A stretch of DNA of 64,000 bases from the NCBI GenBank assembly GCA_026023565.1, contig JAPETS010000001.1, positions 992,001 to 1,056,000 on the forward strand, written 5' to 3'. This stretch comes from Cirrosporium novae-zelandiae (taxonomy: Eukaryota). The number at the start of each line of letters is the position of its first letter. Within the stretch, counting starts at the first letter, position 1. This document shows, piece after piece, positions 39,002-49,200 of the stretch. The position numbers and the translations under genes were made by a program. The notes under the pieces are model-generated. The model was given only the letters and a program-made list of their open reading frames with translations. It had not been told where the DNA came from and ran no database searches.

Positions 39002-41216
39002 TCACGTAGCTCCGACACCCGTCGTCGCCGTACCAATTTCCTCTAACCTAGCACCACCGCTAGTAGCCGCCTCCCCCTCTCTCCTCTTCCTAATCTCCTC
39101 CTCCACCTCCCCCCTCTTTACCCTCCTTCTCCCCCCCTTAACAAACGCCAACAGCCTCAACGCACCATGCGGCGTAACGCCCTCAATGCGCCTAGCCTGA
39201 CCCACACTCTCCGGCCTCGTAAACTCCAACGCCGCCTTCTCCTCAGTACTCAGTCCAAAAATCTTGTTGTAATCGAGATCGAGGGGGAGTTTGATGGCCT
39301 CGTCGCGCTCGAAGGTGGCCTGGGCGCGCGATTGCATTGTTACGTAGGGGGCGTATATGGCTTCGATGGCGGCGCGGGCGAGGATTTCGGGAAGGAAGGA
39401 GGAGAGGAGGGATGGGATGTGGGAGGCTAGGAGGGGGAGGGTGATGGAGGGTTGGCGGAGGAGTTGGAATGCGCTTAGGGACGCTGGGGAGGGCCGCGCG
39501 GTCGGGGAGAGGGGGATGTCGTATTTCTGGGCCCAGGCGGTCGGGGTGTGGGTTAGGGAGGGGGATTGGAGCAGGGTGAGGAGCGAGGAGAGCGAGGTCG
39601 AGGTGGAGCTGAAGGATGACCAGCGGGAGTCTGAGATGATGCCGTGGGAGCGTCCGAGAGCCGTGAGGCGGAGGTCCGCGTTGTCGGCGCGGGAGGATAT
39701 TCGGTATTCGCTGCGCGCCGTGAACATGCGGTAGGGTTCCGTGACGCCCTTTGTGATGAGATCGTCGACGAGAATGCCAATGTACGAGGTGGCGCGGGAG
39801 AGGATCATTGGGGGTTTGGACTGAGAGGATAAGCCCGCGTTGGTCCCCGCCAGGATACCCTGCGATGCTGCTTCTTCGTAACCTGTGGTTCCGTTTATCT
39901 GGCCCGCTAGGAAAAGTCCCTTGATGGGCTTTGTCTCGAGTGTGGAAAGGAGACAGCGCGGGTCAACATAATCGTACTCGACTCCATATCCTGGCTGTAG
40001 CATTTTCACATTTTCGAGACCAGGAATTGTTTTAAGCATCTGGACCTGAGCGTCCGCGGGCACGGTCATGGAAATGCCGTTGGGGTAGATGATGTTGGAA
40101 GTGAACCCTTCGGGCTCTAGCCAGATGGTATGGTGGGGGCGATGGCCGAAGCGGATGATCTTTGATTCCAGAGACGGACAGTAGCGAGGGCCCTTCACTG
40201 TTTCCCGGATATGTATGGAATTCTGGAGGTTGGTCCGGATGATGTCGTGGGTTTCAGGGGTGGTATGGGTGTGGAAGCATAACAGTTGGTCTTCTGGATT
40301 AACAGAAGTACGGGAATTGAGGTAAGAGAAAGGCTTTGGAGGGTTGTCGCCAGGTTGGATTTCAAGTCCATCGAAGTTGATACTCTCGCGGGCAAGCCGG
40401 GGTGGAGTCCCTGTCTTGAGGCGGCCGAGTTTAAAGCCGAAGGTGCGTAGAGATTTGCTGAGACCAAAGGTCGCTGCTTCGCCAATACGGCCAGAAGGAT
40501 AGGCGTCGAGTCCAATATGTATTTCACCGCCCAAGAAGGTCCCTGTGGTTATAACCACGGAGCTAGTAGGTATTATCTCTCCACCTTCAAGACGCACGCC
40601 CACGATTTTGCCTTGACGACCTCCGGGTGTTGTGTTAGGGAAACCATCGTTGGATACCACTATGTCACCAACCTTTCCTTCGATGATCCGTAGGTTCTTT
40701 GTCGATTGTAGCTCCTCGCGCATATATTTTTTATAAAGGTCGCGATCAATTTGGGCTCGAGGCCCTTGAACAGCGGGTCCCTTCTTCATATTCAAGACAT
40801 GGAACTGTACACCAGCTTTATCGACAATACGCCCAGCAACGCCATCCAATGCATCAATTTCCCGTATCATGATACCCTTACCAATTCCACCGAAACTAGG
40901 GTTGCAGGAACAAACTCCAATATTGGTGATAGAGGGGGTGATGAGCGCAGTACGAGCTCCGGATCTTGCTGCCGCCGCACAAGCTTCTGAGCCAGCGTGG
41001 CCTCCACCGATAACGACGACATCAAAGGGAGGTCTATATATTTGTTAGTGTGGGCCAGTGAACGCACATATTTCACACATCAGAGGAAATGAGCTACCTT
41101 GTGCTCTCGATGCCCTCGGTGACCGTTGCAAATCCTGTTTGAAAATTGGTGATTGGTCTTGCACGAGGAACACGCCCCCAACACCTCGATGCAAGTGGAC
41201 GCCACCGGGAAGCCAT
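39002..41216 (-). CDS. MTO1: Mitochondrial tRNA U34 modification enzyme Mto1 (GidA/MnmG family)
   Basis: Exon 1 41216-41098 (presequence-like), intron 41097-41034, then [47 protein letters not shown] and [14 protein letters not shown]. Confidence 0.96.
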
Positions 41217-41554
41217 TCTTCATTTAATGATGAGTGGAGAGGGTGAATAGGTGAAGATATCCAAAAAGAAAGAGACCACAACAGCCGGCAAAAATGTGAA
41301 GCCCGCGTCGGAGTAGTGGCAATCCGCTACGGTGGTTTTCTTCGTTAACCGTAGCAATGAATCGCATTATCTCAATACCTTGTCTTTAGCATTAAGAATC
41401 TCCAAGGTAAAGTTCGAATTGGATAGTAAATGTCTGTAGAAACAAATATCTATACTCTTAATGTACTACTAGGAGCACAATGGTGTTCCAGCTAACTTAT
41501 GTCTAACAGTGCAGTACCTGCGCCCAGAAATATTCATACGTAACCAGTCTCCCT

Positions 41555-43384
41555 TTATACCTTGCGCTCTTTCTGCCTCTTTTCAACTTCTTCTGGTGTC
41601 AAAAACTTGACCGCATCTTTACTCATAGCATAATCCACGCCGCTAAGCACTGTTGTTGTTCCCACCACATATTGAAGTACTATCATCGCACCCCCAACAT
41701 CAAATGAGCCCAGATCCCAACCATTGATGATAGGTAATGCCGTGGTAATGACTAAGAGACCCATCTGAAGAGCAGTGTTGAGTTTGGAAATCCAAGTTGG
41801 GTGTACTTCAGCACTTGGGATGCTCATATCCCAATACCGAGTCATGGTTTTAGGGGGCGGGAGAGACATGTAGCGAATGGGAATAGCGGCAATAGCCATG
41901 CAGGCGTCACGACCGATTATGAGACCCATAAGCCAGACTAGATATGAAGTTAGAATCAACCCAAGGAGAGGTTAGAGAGGGGACGACAACAAGCATTTAA
42001 CAGGAATTTAGCAGAGGATGGGAGTTAGATGTATGGAAACCCGCATTCGCAGGATGGACAGCAAAAGTCTTCAGGCAGAATGGAAACATTGACTCGCATA
42101 GGCTTACTAAAAATCCTATTTCATCCGTAGTCTCTTGCTGGTGCTACTTACGTGGTAAACTTCCTTGGACCCCCAAACACACTGTCAATGTTGTCATAAG
42201 AACTTTATCTGCCACAGGATCCATTACTGTGCCAGCCACAGACTGCATGTTCCATTTCCTTGCAATGAAGCCATCCACCAAATCCGTAAAACAAGCGTAG
42301 ACGAGCAAGCTGACGGCCCAGACTGGCTGGTTATACACGATAAGAGCGCCTATTCCAGGAGCAGCTAATAAGCGTGAAAAGGTCAGAATATTTGGTACCG
42401 TCCATATGTTTTCGTGCGTGTCGAGGATGAGTTTCGATATAATCCGACCTTTGATGATCGCTGTCGCTTTTTTAGATGCACCATCACTAATGAAGAAATC
42501 AATGAGAATCAAAATCAAGACTTGGACGAGTGAGGGAGAAGAGGGGTCCGTTCTTGTAGTCTTTGGGTGGGACATTGGTGGAATGAGATCAGTCGTAGGG
42601 TCGAAAATAGAATTGTGGCTTGGGAGGTGGTTATGGAAGTAGTTAAGGACATGATTAAGAATGAAAATAAAAAGGAAATGAAGAAGGCCTTCATATAGGG
42701 CTTCTTCATATGAGCCGCCTCTCCTCTGTATTCTCCAATGCTTTAGGTATTCAATGGTATATGGGGCGCTTCTCCTCTGCATTCTCTGAAACCTTTGGCG
42801 CATATGCAACCGAATAGGGCCTAACCTACGGAGAGGAGCATGACCTGTGTGGTGATTTTGTTGTTGTTGTCGTCGTTCTCCGACCCCTTCCGGCGTAATG
42901 ACAGCAACTGTAAAGGCAGTGATTCTAGCCAAAAGTGGATGCTCGTTGATATACCGATTCACCTTCGGCCTTAACGTGGTTTCGAAAAACTTTCTAAGGA
43001 TCTCCCGTAGGTTCATGAAGAAATACTTGAACGACATGATAAAAAATTTGCCTACCTTTGCTTCTCAAGATCTCTCTGCGTAGAGAGACACCGTAAACCG
43101 ACTCCATCGAACCTACTTGATCAAGTCAACAACAGTTTTCAATATACAATAGGTTGCACCTACCCCAGATGCGAGGGAGGCCTTCCAAAGGTCGAATTTC
43201 CAAACTTTGCACTCCCACAATACAACGTTCTGATATCCCATCCTTTCCGGCTCGGTAGGGGTAGCTTGGTGGAGATTTTAGTGGCAGGTAGAAAAGTTGA
43301 GAAATGTTTCATGTTTATGAATGAGTGGTGCAAGAGTTTAACCTCCAGTGCCAGACACATCGGCCTGCAAGGAACTAAAGCCAT
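41555..43384 (-). CDS. CRD1: Cardiolipin synthase (CDP-alcohol phosphatidyltransferase); 5' exon structure ambiguous
   Basis: HENIWTVPNILTFSRL, TDLVDGFIARKWN...GTVMDPVADK, IIGRD, RYWD..PSAEVHPTWISKLNTALQ. Presequence exons 43384-43164 and 43112-43056; the next acceptor is either 42994 or 42487. Intron 42151-41938. Confidence 0.9.
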
Positions 43385-44997
43385 GGCATACTACTGTAGT
43401 GGCAGGTTTATTTCCCCCCCTTGACCACTCTACTCCCTTGCTGGAGGGGGGGCTTGAATAAAGTTGAGATAAATGGTGGGGAGAGGGGGTATGGTAATAT
43501 TGTTTCTGGAGTAGTTCCTGCCCCACCAGTAGGGATGATCCAAGAAGTAGAGGGTGAAGAGGGTGAAAGAGCGAGAAGCGGTTAATTATGGCGGTAATTG
43601 GTCATCCTTCCTGGTTAGTTGAAGATGCTGAAGCGGTCACGCGGTTCGTTAAACGAATCAAGTCTAGTCATAGAAAAATTAGGTAAGCGGATTTCCCCTT
43701 TCCCATCAATCAACTCCTCTTCAACTTATCGGTTCCCACCGACCGTTTCACGCTTTGTGTTACAGAAACATTATTTTGATATCACATACTTTCTTGGTAG
43801 TTTGATATATCATTTAGGTTTTACCATTAGGGGGGGGAAAAAAGAAAAAGAAAAGTAATAGCATCACCTCAACATTGCGTGCATGACATGTAACGGTAAA
43901 AAGTAAAGAAAAAAGAAAAAAAAGGCCTTTCGTCAAACAATATATCCTTTTGGCTGACTGAGACTCGCGCCGGAACCATGGTGGTGGGATCAGACAAGAA
44001 AATACATGAGAAAAAGCAAAGAATATTACTTTAATTTTTTGTTTTTGTTTTTTTAAACAAAGTATCCAATCCAATATTAACGTAAGTCGAATTTGAATTT
44101 AATAGCTATGATTTCTATCCTATTCAAGCCATTACCCACATCGTACTAAAACTCAACGTTTTCTACGGACACTATCAAAGCAAACCTGTGCATCACTCAA
44201 ACTGAATGAATAAGAAACTCTTGGTCCATCTTCTACCTTAAATCTGTACCTTAACCTTGAGCTTTTCGACTTTATAATTAACCGTTGTCACTTCAAGCTT
44301 TCAACGACCGAAATAACCTTCTTTTAGACTTGGGATCTTTCGTATTTGGAACTTTGTGCATTGTCTGAGGCAGCTGCCGAAAGTTTACCAGATTATTTAT
44401 GGGTGGCTTCAGGGTGCTACGCACTCCTGTACATATTCCTTAGGACCAGACGGTCTTTCTCAAAATTTCCATATTCCTTGGTTGCTCCGTTGTTCATGTT
44501 TTCACGGTCCTCTGATGCAATACTGTTCAACCCACTCCATAACTCCGAAAGCAAAAATACAAAATATAAATCAAACAAAGCAGTGCTCTCATATGCACAC
44601 AAGACCAAGAATGCCCTGCCTGCCCACTCCTACCTCACCTCCACCTCTATATACCTCTCCAGAAGCTTTTGAGCCGAACCGTGAACTCCGCAGTATGTGC
44701 GTGGAAGTGAAAATCACAGCAATACAAAATCACTGGAGTTCCATGCTTTGCGATCTGAAATTGACAAATAGCCTCCTCCCGGGGTCATGACAAAAAATGT
44801 TCGTGATGGGAACTCATAATTCAATCTTGACCACATCAAAATTGACACACCACCCTCAACACATGACCACACCTAAAGCAGAACCAGGTCCTAAATTCCA
44901 GTATCCGAACTCCTAGGAATCTTAATAGATTTAAAAGTTGCCGCTCGACAACCCACTCTCGCTTAAGCGAAAACACCAGCTATCAGGACAGAAATCC

Positions 44998-46284
44998 TCA
45001 TCCGTGATGATTACTTGACCACCCACTCGCCATTGGGGACGACTGGAGTTGTGGTTGTTGCAAGTGAGGCGCGGTCGGATATTGCCCACTAGTAGGGAGA
45101 TTTGCGTGTGAAGATGCTGCCACACCTTGTGTTGACCAACGAGATGGCTCATATGTACCTGATCGCATGGCATTGACCGAGTGCTGTGGATAGCTAACCG
45201 GTTGAGGCATCTGCTGAGGAACGAATCCTTGTGAGCTACCGCCTCTATCCGTAGCGGTCAATGATGTAGTAGGGGTTAACGAGGAAGAAATTGGAGCGGC
45301 TAAACCATCATAGCGTGGCGGAAAGGTAGTTGATGTGTAGGAACCATAACTATCTCGCTGTGGTTGACTAGGAGTCATTGATTGGGCGTAGTAATTTGGT
45401 ACGGGCATTGTTGGAGAAGGATTATAACTCGATGGGTTTTGCATATGGGCTTGAGGACGCGAAGAAGGCGCATAGGACGGATTGTTATGCATCGGGGGAT
45501 AATACGCATCTGGCTGCGCGTGAGCATAACTAACAACATAGGACTGATAAATACGACTTGCTGGATCCAATTCAGAGAGGTCGCCTGAGTCATCAAGTGG
45601 TGCACGGAAATTCTGCTTCAAGAGTTCATTGCGAGGTCTGATGTGTTGCAGCTGAGTGTGCTCGGAAGGTGCAGGCCATTTCTTGGCTAAGACATCCTCC
45701 ATTTTGTAATAAGAGACTAAGTGATGGTGCACACCGTTAACATTGACGCTCATTGTCTTCTTAACGAGCCCTCCGTCCTTAAATTGATATGAGTCCACTA
45801 AAGATCCAATCAAGGATCGTTCTGTTTCCTTGTCTAGCCCACCGTCCTGATTTTGTTGTGCATAGGTTGGAGTAGCAGGAGTACCAGGGGAATACATGGA
45901 GGAGTCATGACTAGCAGACTCTGTTGACGTTCGCGCATACGGCTCACCAGGTCTTGGTTGTCTTCGAGCGGTGCGCTTCGTTGCTCTCTTCTTCTCGCCA
46001 GGTGGGAAAGGCTTTTCCAGCTCTCGATACACTAGGAAATTGCCTAGAATTCGACTTGGGCTCCACGGAACTCCATCTGTCCATCTCTTTATCCCTGACG
46101 CGTTTTCTTCGTAAATGAAAACCGACCCACTCTTGATTAATTGACTTCTTTCTCGATCATGTGGGCGTCGTGGTACATGAGATAATTGTCCTTGGAGGCA
46201 GGCTTCAAATAGGACAAGAGCGTCATGGCAGGTCGCGACATGACCCTCATAGGTTGGCCGTAGGGATCCAGCGTTGGCGCTCAT
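44998..46284 (-). CDS. RYP1: WOPR (Gti1/Pac2) transcription factor of the Wor1/Ryp1/Sge1 type
   Basis: Intronless ORF. WOPRa with RRPHDRER, SGIKRWTDG, WSPSRILGNFLVYREL and PPGEKKR; WOPRb GLVKKTMSV...HHLVSYY; Q/S/Y/P-rich C-terminus. Confidence 0.93.
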   Translation of the reverse strand: MSANAGSLRPTYEGHVATCHDALVLFEACLQGQLSHVPRRPHDRERSQLIKSGSVFIYEENASGIKRWTDGVPWSPSRILGNFLVYRELEKPFPPGEKKRATKRTARRQPRPGEPYARTSTESASHDSSMYSPGTPATPTYAQQNQDGGLDKETERSLIGSLVDSYQFKDGGLVKKTMSVNVNGVHHHLVSYYKMEDVLAKKWPAPSEHTQLQHIRPRNELLKQNFRAPLDDSGDLSELDPASRIYQSYVVSYAHAQPDAYYPPMHNNPSYAPSSRPQAHMQNPSSYNPSPTMPVPNYYAQSMTPSQPQRDSYGSYTSTTFPPRYDGLAAPISSSLTPTTSLTATDRGGSSQGFVPQQMPQPVSYPQHSVNAMRSGTYEPSRWSTQGVAASSHANLPTSGQYPTAPHLQQPQLQSSPMASGWSSNHHG

Positions 46285-49200
46285 TGTGTTAGAATATTCT
46301 TGAGATATTCACTACTTACTATTCCTCTGAGGGCACACAAATTTTGGCTTTGGCTTTGGCTTCGAGAAAAGGTTCAACGACGACTGTAAATTTGAGGTTG
46401 AAATGGAGGTTTGGAGATTGATTTTGACAGAAGGTGAGGCTTCAACGGGTGATGAGGCGGTGTTCGTTTGGATTTCGTTAGAAACCTGCCCACGGCAGGA
46501 GTTTGGGGGATTTGGTGTAACTCTATCGAGAGAAGTCGAGGAGATGTATTTAAGAGTTGCTTCTCGATTCGAGAGTGAAAAGCGTCTTAAAGGATAGAAG
46601 GGAGCTCTAAGATCAATGACAAGCTGGAGTTACCGACCAGTCAGTCAAGTTTATTTCAAAAAGGTTCCCAGACAGACAGTTGCAAAGCATCTGCGACCGA
46701 AACTTCAACGAAAGAGTTTGGGGGGAGGGAAGCTTGGAAGCTTAGTGATTATGAGGAGTTCAAGAATTAGATGAGGGGAGTTGAAGTGGTTCCTCAAGAA
46801 CTTAAAGGTGTGTGCGGGTTTGTCAAAAAGAGTTGATGAGCCACATTCAACAATCAGAATCTCAGCTGGAAGGCCAAAACGCCCAAAGCGCACGACGCAC
46901 TGATCCCGTAGCAAGTCTGGATCCCCCGATTTTGTGAGTTCTAAATGGGCCGAGTGGCCATGATTGGGTCCCTTATCATGTGCAACCAGCAACGAGATCC
47001 CGACCAAAAATGGAGGAAAAGTGGTTTTGGTAGTTTCAGTGGTAATGAGGGCAGTATGATGGTCGCCAAATAACGTTTGACTTCACAATGATCTAGGGTA
47101 GATGGATGCGGATGGATTAGGATCAAGTAGGCTTAGGCGAGTAAGGAAGTAGTGAAAGAGTAAAAGTGGAAGGGGCTTGTAAGGATAGCAGAGAAAAGAG
47201 TACAAGTAGAGTTAGAGTGCAAGACGGCGATGAGTTTCGAAATTTGCCTCCGGACCTTCTTGGACTTTATTTCTCTTAGGGGGAGACAGAGGTCGGGGGG
47301 TCGCCGGAGGGCTTAACGCCTAATCTCGACAACTCTGAACCGTCCAAAAAGAATAATAAAAGAAGCTCGACGTCTTGAACACTTGACACTAAAAATGACT
47401 CTCTTTCTTTTCCCCTCACTCAGCGGATAATAATAATAATAAACCGAGTCGGCGGCCTTTGGGAGCTATCCTCGCCTTTTAGAGATCGGGCTTCTGTTCC
47501 TAGGCGCCAACCACCAACGAAAAACAAAAAAGGCTTTTTTTATTTGATTACTCGATACCTTTTCTGTAACAAGCACCAATTCTCCCCACCAGATTATAAT
47601 TGGGCGTAATTTGCCCAATCTGACACCAAGGTGAAGCTATTCGCCATAGGCGGCGGAAAAGGCCAACGAACCCAGGTAATGAAGCCAACAGCCAGAAAGC
47701 CCTACGGTCTACGGAGACATGTCCGCAGAGCCGAAAGTATATTTTTTTTGGGCGAAAACGAAATAGGTGTGGGATGGGAAGGGGGGGGGGGTGTCGGGGG
47801 GGGGGGTTGTTTAAGCAATGAAGAATTGGGATTAATGGATTGATGGGAACATGGCATGGGCACCATAGGCGAAAGTAAAAAAAATTAGAATATGACTTAC
47901 AGAGGGTGCAAGATCGACGAACCCGTTAGGAAACGCGCAGATGTTGGTGAAAAGTGAAAAAGGTAATCGATCGAGAAAAAAAGGATGAACCGGGCCCTCA
48001 CCGCGGCCTTTGCTGCTGGGTGAAATCTCCCCTACTTTATTATATTAACCTCAACCGTTGTTGCTCTCGAGGTCGTGATCATGTCGATCCTTTTCGTTCC
48101 TGATATTGGCTGATGGTGTTGATGGTGGTGGTGGTGGTGACGATGATGATTATGATGATGATGGTAGTGGAGGAGAGGAGAGAGGTGGTCATCACGTACC
48201 TCTTAAAATACTTTTAATAAAAAAAAGCTGTAAACGTCGCTTGGGGTGATACGTTTTGGGGTGTCTTCCAGAATCTTTCATCAATCCCCGGCGCTGCAGC
48301 AGAAGAGAAACACGCACAAGACGCACAAAAGACGCACAGAAGAATAATAACAGCCTTGGCCAGTTATGCCAGTCCTAACCCTCTTCTTGTCATCGGCTAA
48401 TGCCAGAGCCTTCGCCGACGGATGCCTGCCTGTTCTCGGATGCTAGCCTTGCCTTGAATTGGCAATTGGCAATTGACACCAAAAGAGGCACCAGAAAAAA
48501 CACACTTGGAGGCCACTTTGGAATGCCACACTTGGGTCTCGATTTAGAAAGTTGTCGCAAAAACCAGTGACGAATGATAATAAAGTGCCGAACTGAAATC
48601 GTCGTGGATCAAAAGTCAGTTTCGAAGATGGTTTTGAGAAACTTTGGACTTTGTTCGGCTTCCTCTGATCAGCTATGAGTTAAATTCTTTCAGGAAAAAG
48701 CTAACCGGGATCTGTTCAGTGAAGGAGATATGACCTAAGTTACCTAACTGCCAACACCTTAGTCAGGTTAGTAGAGAGAGACCACACACAATCGTCTTTC
48801 TCTACTCTCTAATTCAACCAATCATCCATCTTCGATGAACCTGTTGTTTTTTATTTTTTTATTTTTTATTATTTTTTTTTGTTTTTTTTTTCTCCCTTTG
48901 GCTCAACAATCGTCTTGTTTAGCACTAGTCTTGTTTAAGGAGGAGGAAGTGGGTATTAAGGACCTAGGTGTTCCTACGTAGTACCACTTGAATGCCAAAG
49001 ATGCTCACGACGCCGAGCGCTGAAACCTATGGACAGATGGAAAATCCAATGGGAGAGGAACTGAAAAGGGCGTCTATGGGCTAAAAGTCTCACTGAATCG
49101 TAGGGCTTTTTGTTTTTTCCCCCATCATTTTTTCTGGTCATTATGGCCATTCAAGCTCATTGGCCATGGACTGGTTATGATGGAGAATGCCAGCAATTCA

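Noticed and set aside
41938..42151. Possible stwintron in the last CRD1 intron (internal ...TTTAG|TAAGC)
   Set aside because: No G precedes the first donor, and the 45-nt internal segment lacks a branch site.
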